A stretch of 64,000 nt of DNA from Octopus bimaculoides (GCF_001194135.2 NC_068992.1:14583503-14647502); one strand, 5' to 3'; positions 11,801 to 25,719 are shown, counted from the first letter of the stretch. Notes: a model not told the origin generated them from the letters alone. Program-made: numbers and translations.

Positions 11801-13340
11801 CAAACACTTTTTTCTCCACCTCCTCCTCCTCCTCTCACTCTTTTCATTTCACCACCTTGCTCTCTCTCTCTGTCTCTCTCTCTCTGTCTCTCTCTTACTT
11901 TTGCAGTTGGTTTTTTACGCTTATTTTCTTCTCTTTCTCTCTCTCTCTCTCTTTATTTGTTATTTTCCCTATGTGACGTATATCTATTTTTTTTTTGTTC
12001 AATCTCTCTCCCTCTGTCTCTCATTATTTCATTCAACCACTCACTTCTAATCTTTCTTCCTATCTCATTCTTCCCCCCCTCTACTCTTTCTTTCTCTATT
12101 ACACCTCGCATCTCACCCCTACCTCACCGCCTCTTTGTTACCCCCGTCTCTGCTATCCTATTTTTCCTCTTCTCTTTAAATCACCTCCCTCCTCGTTTTT
12201 ATTTTTGCGTACCTCATTTTCACTCTCATTATTCTTTTGTTTCCCTCTTTTTTTTCTCTCACAGCTTGCTCTCTCTCTCTCTCTTTAACAATTACTATAT
12301 ATCTCTTTCTGGTCATGTTTGTCTCCGTTTCTCCTTCAATTTCATTCCTACTCTCTAATGTCAATTCTGTAAGCAGCTCCCCACTCTTGTATGGACAACC
12401 ACACATATACACATTCTCCTTTTGTACCTCTCATACTCTAAGTGTGCGAGTGTGACTATATTACTGTCTCGCACTCCCATATGACATATGACAGTTACAC
12501 ACTCGTTTACAAACACGCACTCCCTGTTCAGTCTTATGCAGTCTCTTCTATAATGTACAGTCATCTATATACACAACCTCTTTCTCACATTCTCATACAC
12601 ACATCCCCCGAAACCCATTTTCTTTCTCATCGTATATTATAGTCCGTGTACAGTCATACAAACACATCACTATATATATATCTCTCTCTGTCTTTCACGA
12701 TGTCTAACAACATTCTAACACTGAAACGGACACATTTTCCCTTGCTTTCTCGCATAGTTTATTTTTCGGTGTGAAGTCACTCATACATAAAAAAGGACAC
12801 AGGAGATTCACTTAGCTTCCTTACATCTTAATCTGTCTACAGTCATTCACACACATGCGTTCGTACATAAACACATTCCCAACCACCGCCTCAATGTCTC
12901 AATCTTAACACACATGTACACACACACACACCCTTTCTTTCTTACATATGGACAATCTCTCTCCTGTATTTCTCTCTCTCACACACACACACACGAGCAA
13001 CCCTACAACTACATGCATTAATCTCTCTATTCTCTTCCGCATACGTAAACATATTGATGGTTCTTCAGCATTGATTTCATAGGTAAATATGAAAGAACAG
13101 CGACAATATTTATAACATTACCATTCTACCGGCCACTACAACCACCAACAACAGCAACTCCATCACCATTAAAAACAATTACAACAATAACATCCACAAT
13201 AACAACCAATATTACGAGCCCGGTCTTTCCAACAGAAGCTAAATATCTATATAAAAAAAAATAATAAAAGAACTCTCTTGAAAACAAAAGGTTTAATAAC
13301 TGCTTCAAGAACATACATACTCCCCTCTCTCTCTATACTA

Positions 13341-13407
<67 letters not shown>

Positions 13408-13607
13408 TACGTATAGTGATTTCCCAATTTTAAGACTACTTACATGACATATTGACCATCTTCCTACTCTAATCATAAAAGAATATATACAACTTAGAAT
13501 CTGTGGATTCTCTTCAGAAGGAATACACCTACTCAAGAGAAAAACAAACACATACACACTCACACACGCATATATTATACATATACACTGATAGATACAT
13601 ATACATA

Positions 13608-13638
<31 letters not shown>

Positions 13639-13785
13639 AGACATCCGCCCCAACCAGAGAGCCACCAAAACATAAAGATGGGAATAAACAATGACAACAA
13701 TAAGTACTTCAATAACAGGATATGGAATTTATTGGTTGTATCAGGAAAATGTATAACGAAAAAAATTAAGTGTCCCTGATATAGC

Positions 13786-13848
<63 letters not shown>

Positions 13849-13974
13849 GTATATGTCTGTATTCTTTAGATTTTTACTGAACTGCTTTTGACGGATATTT
13901 TAATTTCATAAGGAAGAGACCAAGGCAGCACACAAAGGTATTATTATTGTTACATCTATTTCCATTGTATGCAT

Positions 13975-14075
13975 GTATATCTATCTATCTATCAGTCTGT
14001 CTATCTGTCTGTCCATCTGTCTGTCTCTCTGTCTATCTATCTATCTATCTATCTATCTCTGTCTGTTTGTCTATT

Positions 14076-14110
<35 letters not shown>

Positions 14111-14111
14111 T

Positions 14112-14190
<79 letters not shown>

Positions 14191-14410
14191 TTGTCTGTCT
14201 GTCTATTTGTCTCTGTCTATTTGTCTGTCTGTCTATTTGTCTGTCTGTCTATTTGTCTGTCTGTCTATTTGTCTATCTGTCTATTTGTCTATCTGTCTAT
14301 CTGTCTATTTGTCTATCTGTCTGTCTGTCTGTCTATTTGTCTGTCTATTTGTCTCTCTGTCTGTCTATCTATCTATCTATCTATCTAGCTCTCTCTCTCT
14401 CTCTCTATCT
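13975..14410. repeat. (TCTG/TCTA/TTTG)n microsatellite
   Basis: Direct reading; it explains the LSVC ORFs in the track. Confidence 0.95.
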
Positions 14411-14889
14411 AGTTTGTAAATGGAAATGTGAGTTGCTTATCCTCTAAAGTTTGTATAAAATGAAATATGGTAATAATTGTATTTTTGCATTTTTAAAAAT
14501 ATTTATATTTATCACAAAATCCTTGCTCAGGGTCATTGCTGGATCCTGTGGTCAATAGAAACCCTATAATTATTTTAATTGTCTATATGTCTATCTATTC
14601 ATATATTTATGTCGTGTGTGTGTGTGTGTATTTCGATATATGGTTTCTGTTTTAATGAGTTGCCATTCTCTCTCTCCTTTTCATGTTCTCTTCTTTAAAG
14701 AACACACTACAAGTCACTTTATAAAACTTTTATCTTTGCTTCGTTCGCTGACATTGGCAAGATACATGGAATGGATTAGAAAAAGATAAATTGATTTATA
14801 GATAAACAGACAGAACGGATCGATAACGACAAGAGGGCGATTGATAGAAAAAAAAAGTGATCACTAAATAAAGCTTCAAACCAACTCTA

Positions 14890-15070
14890 TTCAACAGACC
14901 CGCTAGAAATAGCAGTGGAACCCCTCCCCATAAATCATCCTACCGTCTTGAAAAGGAAGGACATTGTAGATAATATAGTCCTAGATGCACTATGCCTGAC
15001 ATAGTCGAGAGTGGAACGCCCTTTAGCATAGGTTTGTCAATTAGGAATGACCTGCAGACTGAAAATGTTT
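14890..15070 (+). repeat. Interspersed repeat family D (gctagaaatagcagccaaatctccctcaaatcac...)
   Basis: Related copies near 15830 (-), 18735, 31840, 33650, 43615, 56740 and 59340 (-). Class not determined; probably a SINE tail segment. Confidence 0.65.
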
Positions 15071-17309
15071 CTCCATAAACTATAAATTCTTGGCGGTTTC
15101 TGTGTGTCATTATGTTGGTAATTTACTACTTCTTCTAGCTCTCTCTCATATATAAATAAAGTGTGTGGGTTTTATTATTGAGTTGCCAGTTCATAGTTCG
15201 TGGGTTCAAATCCGTCGCACGTGTTTATAAACTTGACACTTTTAATTCTACGTCGCTTCAATTCACTTAGTTTGGTTGCATGTATTTTGAGCAAAGTTAA
15301 TTGCGATGGTCTAAAGATTGAGGTGCAACATTTGTTGTTCAACTCGCCAATAGTTTGCGAAACAGGATTTTTATCTTAATGTTTATTATATGCGAAAAGA
15401 TTGACAAAAGGTGGAGAAGGCATCATAATTGTAACGATTCTTGTGGTTGTGCTTAAGACTAGTGCAAGATTTTTGACTTGGTGTATGTAGCCTGAAGCTA
15501 TATACTAAGTTTGGAGTCCCACTTTTTGTCAGGATTAAAAAATATTATACTATAAAGTCTCACAAAAATTGAAACCATATGCCTTATAAATTATTTAGAG
15601 GTCCCTACGGATTGTAAGGCTTCCGGGCTCTTGTTTAGCTTGTGTTTAAATTCAACAAGGAACACTGATTATGGACTCTGTAGGTACGTTTATTAAATTA
15701 TTGTAGTTCTTTATAATCTTATGGCGACACTGATTCAGCAGAACTATGGGCAAAGCTCTTCTAGCCGTGACCATTACATTCTGTTTCTGGTTATACTTTA
15801 TTTTGGATAGTAGGGTGTGCTTTGATTGAGAGAATTGGCTGCTATTTCTAGCGGGTCGAGCGACTATTTAAATGTTTCGTTATGTTGGATCACGTAAATA
15901 AAGTGATACGTAGAATGATTTCAACTATGGCATGTTGTTTGGACCCAGGACAGCTCTGTTCGAACTGTTTGTATATCAGGGATTATCTAATCATAAATGT
16001 GTTCTTCCCACACATTTTTTCTTTTTTTTTCGTAAAAGGTTTCGGGGAAGATTTAGCTGCTATTTCTGCAATACCAACGACTACACAGTGGGTCTCTCTT
16101 CGGTTCGAGGTATCGAAAGTAAATCACAAAGCTGATCGTCTGAGATTTAGATTTTTATATATATATATATAGTATATATATAATGTCGTACACAGTTGAT
16201 TGATCACAATGTGGGTGGTATATATATATATATATAAATATGTGTGTGTGTGTGTGTGTGTGCGTATACACGTGTGTGCATGTATCTATATATGTATATG
16301 TGTGTATAATACGGTAAATCAGTGTATGATGTATGTATGTATGTATGTATATGAATGCGTGGTGAATCAGCCTGGCATCAGCAATGATGCTTAAACCAAA
16401 CCAAAGGAATTAGGATACATAAGACACATTTTCGTGAACAAGATCCTTTGTAACACTAACGCCCACAAATATTCTTTCTTTGTAAACTATAAATCAAATG
16501 TATATTAAGTTTTTTTTAATATTTTATGAAAACAAATAACTTAGACATGCAATTATTTTAACCAGTAATATTAGAAATACCAATGATATTTAAAATCATT
16601 AATTTTTTTCTTCTCTATGAGGAAGCCGTATTTACCAAATTACGGTAGACCTAGTGACATAGTTGTGTAGCTTCGAGTTAACTCTAAATGCATAGAAACT
16701 TCAATGAAAAACATTGCAGCCGTGCAATCCTGTCGGTATTTCTTTTAGTTTTATATAGGACTATTTTAACCAGTGTGTGTTTCTTTTAAGTTTTAGATGA
16801 TAAAGTTTGTTGGGGGGGGGGTTATCTGGCTGTTATTTCTAGCAGCGGATTCCCCATCAACGTTGGTTCGTTGACATAATTGTGGTCGCGGGCAAGGGAG
16901 ATAAGTGAATTGCTATATCCGTGTTTCTTATTATCTCCCCTGTTGTCCACTTTCTTTTTCTCTTTCTTTTTATTTCCTCTTTTTCCTCTTTCTCCCCCCT
17001 CTCCCATTCTTTTTCTCTTTATTTTACTTTCTCTCCCTCCCCCCACTTGTCTTTCTTTTCTTTATTCTACCCTGTCTAATTAACCAACTATTTTTAGCTT
17101 TTGATATATGTCATTAATAGTGGCGGGCGCCAAAAGTGCAGCGATCGCTGTCAAGTAGAGATAAGCTACTCGGCTGACCAAGTCCTCGGCTGGCTTTGGA
17201 TTGCCGGCCACCGGTCAAAGCCGTTTTAAGTTGTTAAGAACCTTCCGACATTCATGAATACCACACATTCTCATTTCTCTCTACACTATCATAAATTCCG
17301 GTTCATTGT

Positions 17310-18505
17310 GATTATTGGAGAAATGGTGTCTTTGAGATGAAGCATGGCTTATTACAACTTGTTTCGCAAAGACTGCATTAATCGCTGTGGGGGTGGTGTA
17401 ATGTTCTACGTTTATTCAAACTTTTTGACAAATTCTTGCAATGATCTGAAACAATCGCGAAAAGAGATATTTTTCTGTATAAACATGTCAGCATTTCTAC
17501 TTGGGAATTGCTGACCGTCTCCTAAACTACCGCCAAGACGCAGCTTTTTGACATCTTTAGAACTTCATCGAGAAAAATAGCCACTTATTTTTTCATTGCT
17601 AGTGACTCCAATTAACCTGTGACTGATTGGGAAACTTTTCGGTGTCTGCAAATAGCAAGTAATTTCCTCAATTTAGTGCTGGATTTGAGCTGGTCCCAAG
17701 TAGTCCACCACAAGAGGTGACAATGCTTTGGATCTGCTCTTTTACTACTACTACCTCTGAGACTTATTAGTGTCACTACTGTGGAGCCTTTAGGGGACTC
17801 TGATCATGTTATAATCATTGTATAGCAACCAACCCTAATAGCAAAGTGTTTTGAAAATATGTACATGCGAAGCAGAGACCTCATTCTATAGTTGGCCCTC
17901 TTTGTAACTCCCCTCACAGATCAGATTACTGATAATCCCAAAGAATGCGCAGCACTTATTGTTGAATGCTATGCCAGCATTTTTACTGTTGAAAATCCAA
18001 ACGTACCATCTTCACCACCTCTGACATCAAATTCTATAACATCTGTGAAATTTATGCCTGCAATACAGTGATGCCACCTCAAGAATAAGTGCAATTGTGC
18101 CTCTCGTTGTCTTGATGGTATTACTTACCTGCTTTCCAAACATGTCGAGTTCTTTCTTTTGCACCAGTTTTCATTCTTCTTTCAATTCTGCGTTAATAAG
18201 TGTGTCACTCCATTGCAGTGGAAAATTGCCAGTGTCACTCCTCTATTCGAAATGGGTGATCACACATCAGATGTCAACTCCTATTCAGTCAGTCTTGCTT
18301 GCTGCATCGCAAAACTGATGGAATCCCGTGTCAGAGAAACACCCTGGAATTTCTGGAACTCACTCAATCTTATTCAATCCTCACAGTTTGGATTTATCCC
18401 TAACCCCAGTTGCTGTAGCCAGCTCATCAAGTTTCTTGAAGACATCACCCAAATTACTGATGGTGGCTCATGGGTGGATATTATCTATCTTGACTTTTTA
18501 AAGCC
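17310..18505 (+). pseudogene. CR1/L2-group LINE ORF2 remnant (APE endonuclease + RT N-terminal part, internally deleted)
   Basis: YNLFRKDCINRCGGGVMFYV and EPLGDSDHVII (APE motifs). WKIASVTPLFEMGD...VSLACCIAKLME...SQFGF...SCCSQL...VDIIYLDF is the RT up to YLDF. Confidence 0.9.
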
Positions 18506-18624
18506 TTCAATTTTGTGGGTCGATTAAATAAGTACCAGTTACGCATTGGTTTCGATGTAATTGACTTAAACCCTTTGTCCTTGTTTGTCCCTTCTATGTT
18601 TAGCCCCTTGTGGGTAATACAGAA

Positions 18625-18661
<37 letters not shown>

Positions 18662-18863
18662 GAAAATCAGATCTGTCATTGAATAAAGGTCACTTCTTAC
18701 ACCGCATAAGTGAGCCCCTATGGAGTAGTTTGGCATGTTAGAAATAGCAGTGAAATCTTCCTCAGCTCAATTAAGGAAAAAACACTGGATAATGTAGTCC
18801 TAAATACACATAAAAACGAATAGTCATGCTCGGACTTCTTTTCATTATAGGCCCCTTAGGTTT

Positions 18864-18946
18864 TTTTCTGAAGAGATTTTGCCTAGTATAATGATTTTAA
18901 TAATTGCTGTTTAATCTTTTAGGCTTAATTGAAACAGCTGTAAGGG
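18864..18946 (+). ncRNA. Minimal hammerhead ribozyme motif (CUGAAGA variant)
   Basis: CUGAAGA (18868-74), a 12-position stem II GAUUUUGCCUAG/UUAGGCUUAAUU (two U.U), then GAAAC-AGCU-GUA^AGGG. Stem I is weak (one A-U, three U.G). Confidence 0.65.
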
Positions 18947-19902
18947 ACTATGTTTGATTTTTGCAGATAATAATTTTTTTTACTAAATGCTATATCTCCA
19001 TTTTCTTACTTTCTTTTGAATGATTATAAACGATGGTTTATATATAAACCTATTGTTTTATGAATATTATTATTCACAACAACTATTAGGCATTGAACCA
19101 GTAATTCATTGGATGATACCATCCCTTAATGAGACTTATTTAACATCTAATTGAATATATATATATATATATATATACGTATATTAGAAATAGAAAATGA
19201 CAAGCAAAAGATGTGGTGTGACTTAAAAGCTTTTAATTTATAATCTAAACATAACATAGAGTAGTTATTATAAATAAGCCTCCAAAGTCTCTTAGCTATT
19301 TACTATAACTACTCTGCACAAGATTTGAATTATAAATTAAAGGCTCTTAAGTCATACCACATGTTTTGCTTGTCTATTCTCTATATTTAATATGTAATAT
19401 ATAACTACCCGCTCTACAGTGAACCACTTCCAGCCATCTTTGCTAGTCAGCCTTAAAACCANNNNNNNNNNNNNNNNNNNNNNNNNNNNNNNNNNNNNNN
19501 NNNNNNNNNNNNNNNNNNNNNNNNNNNNNNNNNNNNNNNNNNNNNNNNNNNNNNNNNNNNNNNNNNNNNNNNNNNNNNNNNNNNNNNNNNNNNNNNNNNN
19601 NNNNNNNNNNNNNNNNNNNNNNNNNNNNNNNNNNNNNNNNNNNNNNNNNNNNNNNNNNNNNNNNNNNNNNNNNNNNNNNNNNNNNNNNNNNNNNNNNNNN
19701 NNNNNNNNNNNNNNNNNNNNNNNNNNNNNNNNNNNNNNNNNNNNNNNNNNNNNNNNNNNNNNNNNNNNNNNNNNNNNNNNNNNNNNNNNNNNNNNNNNNN
19801 NNNNNNNNNNNNNNTATATATATATCTATGTATATGTGTATATATATATCTATGTATATCTGTATATATCTATGTATATATGTGTGTATGTATATATATA
19901 TA

Positions 19903-19933
<31 letters not shown>

Positions 19934-20809
19934 GCATATATATATATATATATACACACATATATATATGCATATATATATATATATGTATCTATATATA
20001 TATGTGTACATACATATGTATGTATGTATATGTGTTTTTTGTGTTGCGTTTTTCCCTGTTCTTGTTTGACAGTTGGTGTTGTCCTGTTTAGATCCCTGTA
20101 ATGTAGCAGTTCAGCAAAGGATACCAAGAGAATCGGTGCCAGGCATGAAAATAAGTAGTGAAAAAATACTGGAGTCGATTTGTTTCAAGGCAGTACCTTT
20201 ATCTGTCCCTGCAGTGCAGTGATTAAAACTTGAATGAAAAACATAAAAAACACAAGATCCTTTTTGTGAAGTGGGGTGGTGGTGGTGGTGGTGGTGGTGG
20301 TAGGGGGTAGGGAGTGCAGTGGAGTAGTGGAGTAGTAACAGACCCTGGTCAAAGTGGATTGAGAAGAGAGTGGGGCTGAGGAGGGTTTCAAGCCTTGGAC
20401 CAACCTGTAACATGATATACTTGGCCTAATAGCATCAGTTGAAGTGTCTTAGATGACCTACTTCTGACCAGCAAACAAGACTTCACAACCACACACACAC
20501 ACACACACACACATACACACAAGCATATACTCACACATGACTACAGTTTTACACCTACTTAACCTCAATATCCAAGCATGTATAGACTAACACACTCATG
20601 CATACACATCTATGCTTATAAGTACCCAACACTATGTATGACGTTCTAGTATTTCAGTCTACATACATAGCCAGATATACTTGGAGCTACATTCATATAT
20701 GCAATTATACACATACAAAAAAATATATGCTTGTAAGTATATGTCCAGGTGCATATTTGCAAGTGTTAATCGACGCTCTCACATAAATGTGTGTGTGTGT
20801 GTGTGTGTT

Positions 20810-20845
<36 letters not shown>

Positions 20846-21157
20846 CATACATATGTACATACATATATAAAATTAATAAAAACAGCTGTTTGCAACGTTA
20901 TACCGCAAAAGAAAATTATAGTCATCAACTAAACTTGACTAAGGATGTGGATAATACCTATATTGCTAGAAATAGGAGCTAAAATGCTCCAATGCTTTTA
21001 CAAAGCACGTAACATATATTCTGATAGGGGCTGCAATTGCCCTGAACACCGAATCGAGAATTTCTTAAACTGACAGGTCAGTTTCGGCTATTGCCATAGC
21101 CATCTTTAGTAAGGCCAGCTCATTCGGTTAATTCTGGGTTACCTTGGTATATATGTA

Positions 21158-21290
21158 CAGTAATCCCTGGATTATTACAGGTGTTATGTTCCAAAATTCT
21201 CCACGATAGGTGAAAATCCACAAAGTAGAAACAGTACAGTAATGTATATTTTTTTAATTATTTTTATAATTGGTATAAAAAAAAGCGAAA
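21158..21290 (+). mobile_element. Tigger-like MITE left end
   Basis: TA|cagtaatccctggattatt...gttccaaaattctccacgataggtgaaaatcc...gtagaaacagtac matches the complete copy at 39526-39989. Truncated by the family C SINE. Confidence 0.75.
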
Positions 21291-21646
21291 TCGTGATGGC
21301 ACCTGTGCCCAGCGTTGCCTTCCTGGTACTTGTGCCAGTGGCACATGAAAAGACATTCGAGCGAGACCGTTGCCAGTGCCGCTGGACTAGCTCCTGTGCA
21401 GGTGGCACGTAAAATGCACCATTTTGAGCGTGGCCGTTGCCGGTACCGCCTGACTGGCCCTTGTGCCGGTGGAACATAAAAGCACCCACTACACTCTCAG
21501 AGTGGTTGGCGTTAGGAAGGGCATCCAGCTGTAGAAACTCTGCCAGATCAGATTGGAGCCTGGTGCAGCCATCTGGTTCCCCAGAGCTCAGTGAAATCGT
21601 CCAACCCATGCTAGCATGGAAGGCAGGCGTTAAACGATGATGATGA

Positions 21647-21650
<4 letters not shown>
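21290..21650 (+). mobile_element. SINE family C with about three internal 65-bp units
   Basis: Same units and tail as 5585-6250. Confidence 0.88.
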
Positions 21651-21695
<45 letters not shown>

Positions 21696-22098
21696 AGTAT
21701 GAATTTCATTTAAAATATGCATGTTTATGAGAATGTTCCTATCTTTACATATATGTGTGTGTGTGTATGCATAAATGCACATTTTTGTGTGTGTGCATCA
21801 GTGCATGTCTTTATATGTGTTTGTGGGTTTTGTCTGGGTGCTTACTTATAGGCATATATGTGAAAATAGGAATGTACTTTCAGATGTGTTTTTAGTGTAT
21901 ATACATAATTATGAATATGTCTGTGTACGTTGTGTTTGTATGTGTATGTGTGTGTATGTGTATTTGTAGGTCATAGTGTATGAACCTTTGTTTACAGATA
22001 TGCCCATGTATGTGTGTATGTGTTTATAGATGTGTATAGAAGAATGTATACGGATATATTTGTAAATTTTTTTAGTGTGTGTGTGAGTATGTGTGCAA

Positions 22099-22148
<50 letters not shown>

Positions 22149-23139
22149 TTGTATGTATAGATGTGCATGTTTGTATATGAAAATATATATAAACAATACT
22201 TTGTGTGTACATGTATGTGTACAGATGTGTGTGTGTGTGTGTGTGTGTGCATGCACACATATATACTAAAATGACAATACTTGCTATGAGTGATTTAAAG
22301 CAGTCACATGGGTCACATGACAACATGATATCCTGTCACAGCGTGCTTAAACAGGGCACTTATCTCTACTTTCATTACAGCTATACTGGTGCCAGGCTTA
22401 AAATCCTTGTGGGTTTTTCTGGATTTTGCAGATTTAGGTTAAAAATAAGCTTTATATACAATATTACTCCTAATTTTGTGTATAAAAATCTTATGACGGA
22501 GGAAATTATTTTTTCCTGTGACAAAAATATCTACGCACTAGATATACCAGGCACCACAGAAGTAATGCATTTTTTGCATTTAATATCTTTTATAGTATAT
22601 AAATGTTTATTAAGTAATTTTTTATCGAACACAAATTTATTGCATTACTTAAACGAATAATAAACTAATGAAAAAAAAATCGCAGAAGTTTTAGGAAATA
22701 ATAAAAGGAACTCGCTTAGAAACTAGAAAACTCAAATACAAAAGAGCATTACTTCTACCACACCATCATCATCATCATCATCTTCATCGTTTAATGTCTG
22801 CTTTCCATGCTGTCATGGGTTGGATAGTTTGTCTGGGGACTGACAAGCCAGTAGGCTGCATCAGGCTCCAATGTGATCTGGCAAGGTTTCTACAGCTGTA
22901 TGCCCTTCCCTTCCTAATGGCAACCACTCCGAGAGCAGATTTGTACAGTTGGAGGCTTTTCCTGTTGCCAACCCTTACCTATTTCTAAGCAAAGTAATAT
23001 TTCTGCATGGTCAGACAAGCTTCCCATAGAAGACTGTAAATGATCAACCTCGCTTTGCTGATATGACAATGACGCTTGTTTGCAACCATCACATAATATC
23101 TACACAAGACTGTGTACACATGAATGCACGCGCGCGCGT

Positions 23140-23179
<40 letters not shown>

Positions 23180-24044
23180 GGGGCTTACCAAATCCACTCA
23201 TGGAGCTTGGTTAACTTGGAGCTATTATAGAAGACACTCGCCCAAGGTGCTTTAGAGTGGGACTGAACCCAAGACCACATGATTGGAAAGCCAGCTTCAT
23301 AACCACACAGCCACACTTGCACCTTGTGTGTCTAATGGAGGATGTAAAATGATGGTGGTGGTGGTTTTGGTGATGATGATGATGATGATCAATTTGTTTT
23401 TGGCAAGTTGTTTACCAACTTAATAACTCGACCATTTGGACCCTACCTTTTCCCCTTCTTCTCTTCCACTTTGAATTTTACTATTATATTCCAGGAGGTC
23501 TTTACCATTTCCATTTCTCTTTGGCTTGATATCCTTTACTTTCATATTATTATTACATTAAAATAAACAAAAGAAAAGAATTTTGTTTACACTTTATTGA
23601 AATTAATATTTAAAAAAATTATTTAAGGGTGTAAGGAAGAGGGGAATAGTTTTAAAGTCGTCCAGACTCTATAGAATCGGTACTAATGAACGAGCTGTGT
23701 CCTAATGGAATAGCTTTTGGTTATTTTAGTGGCCCTATTACAAAGGGTTGCTGCCAAATTCACCTGAAAATGAACAAGACCATGTGACACACTTGAAAGA
23801 TTAGTTCTAGATACACTCTACTTAAAAAAAACAAAAACAAAGAGATGGGATGGTCGTGGTTGGAATACCATTGTGATGACGTAATTAGATAAATGTAGCC
23901 ATGCAATACAATATGAGGGTTCAAATTTCATTATATGTCCACTTAACCATTTTGTCTCCATATTTCTGTTAAAGCACTCACAACTTTTGTTTCAATTAAT
24001 TTCAATAATAGTGAAGCATTTAGTAAAACAGTTTTGTCATTATT

Positions 24045-24490
24045 GTAAGGTGGCAGGCTGGCAGAAACGTTCGCACGCCGGGTGGTGGCATTTTTGTCTG
24101 TCTTTATGTCCTGAGTTCAAATTCCGCTAAGACTTTGCCTTTCATCCTTTCAGCAACTGAAGCACTGGTGTTGATTTAATTAACTGGCTCTCTCATCCCA
24201 AATTTCGAACCTTGTACCTAGAGTAGAAAAGAAGTTTGTCATTATTAAACTAGTGTCATGGTGGCAAGCTGGTAGAATTGTTAGCATTCCAGGCAAAAGG
24301 CTTTGTGGCATATTGTCAGTCTTTATGTTCTGGGTTCTAATTCCAGTAAGGTTAACTTTGCCTTTCATCCTTTCAAGGGTTGATAAAATAAGTACCAGTC
24401 AAGCACTGGGGTCAATGCAATTGACTCATTCCCTCCCCTCAAATTTCTGGCCTTGTGCCAAAATTTGAAACCATTATTATTGTTATTATT
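24045..24490 (+). mobile_element. Two tandem family F (Meta-domain-like) tRNA SINE copies
   Basis: Head tggcagaa..gttagc, B-box gagttcaaattcc, body gactttgcctttcatcctttc..gg.tgataaaataagtaccagt, and an (ATT)n tail. Confidence 0.85.
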
Positions 24491-25185
24491 CAGTAGTTTT
24501 GTTTTTTTGCTTGCTTTCACTTCACTACCGAGCGCAGCTCTCTGTGCTTTGGGTATGTGCTGTGGTTTGCTGTGATGCTCTTATGGTTACTGTATTGAAA
24601 GTGTTTTGCATAGGATGTGTGCAGTGCCCAGTAGTGCAATTTTCTGTATGTTATATATATTTGTAAGTCCTGGTGTTTTTGTTATGCATTTGTTTGAATA
24701 TTTTTTTTATCATACCTAAGGCACCTACTATGATAGGAATTGTTTCTGTTTTTAGATTCCACATTCAAGTTACCTCTATTTCCAGGTCTTTGTATTTTGA
24801 AAGTTTCTCCATTTCTTTTAGGGAAACGTTGTCATCAGCTGGTATTGATACATCAATTAGAAAGCATTTTTTTTCTTCATGATCTCTGACAACTATATCT
24901 GGCCTATTGGCCTTAATTTCTCTATCTGTGTGTATTGGCATATCCCAGAGTATGGTTGCTTTCTCGTTTTCTGTGACCTTTCCCGGCATGTGCCTATACC
25001 ATCTTTTTTCTGTTGTTATTCCATAGTGTTGGCATAGCTTCCAGTGTATATAGGTCCCAGCTTTGTTGTGTCTGTGAATATATTCCTTCTTAGCCAGGAC
25101 TGGGCAGCCAGAGATAATATGATTTATTGTTTCTTATCCATCGCCACATATTCTGCAGTTACTTGTTATGTTTCTTTTCATTATA
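24472..25185 (-). pseudogene. R4/Dong-type (RLE endonuclease) non-LTR retrotransposon 3' end
   Basis: CRICGDG*ETINHIISGC (CCHC knuckle), ILWDMPIHTDREIKANRPDIVV...CFLIDVSIP...EKLSKYKDL (PD-(D/E)xK RLE), stop at 24587-89, 3' UTR and (TAA)n tail. Confidence 0.92.
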
Positions 25186-25680
25186 TGGACGTTAAAGGAT
25201 GATGATGATGATGTTTGAAATATCTGAATGGAACATATTTGAGACTGCCAAGCTGCACCTACAGCTAATCACTATCATGGTTAAAAGCAGGGAAGGGGAT
25301 TGTCTACCCTGAACAACATTTTTAGGGTAGCAGCTATACCCTTTACTATGTTTTCATACAGAATACTCATTGTGAAACTACACATCACCCAACAGATTTA
25401 TTTTCTTTCTTTTATTTGCTGCATCTAGAGAAAGGGGCTGTTCTCATGGCCTTTGTAAGAACTCTGAGACCGGTAAGATTGATACTGTTATTCTTTTGCA
25501 GATGTTACAAGTTAACATGATTGATGAGGGGTGATGTCCTGGGGAGGAAAGACTGATGCTGGTGGATGTGAGTGATGAGAGAAGATATGAGACAAGTGGG
25601 TCAGGAGTACTTGAGTGGAAGAGATATAAAACCAGCCAGCTCTGAGGAACAGAGAGAGAAGCCATTATAGACGTAGCAGA

Positions 25681-25699
<19 letters not shown>

Positions 25700-25719
<20 letters not shown>

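Noticed and set aside
13121-13300. Thr/Asn-rich reading (PATTTTNNSNSIT…)
   Set aside because: Low-complexity ACA/AAC sequence with no splice or domain support.
15400-15700. Possible second Penelope C-terminus on minus (KPYNP…)
   Set aside because: Only a four-residue resemblance; the CxxC motif and a hammerhead core are not recoverable.
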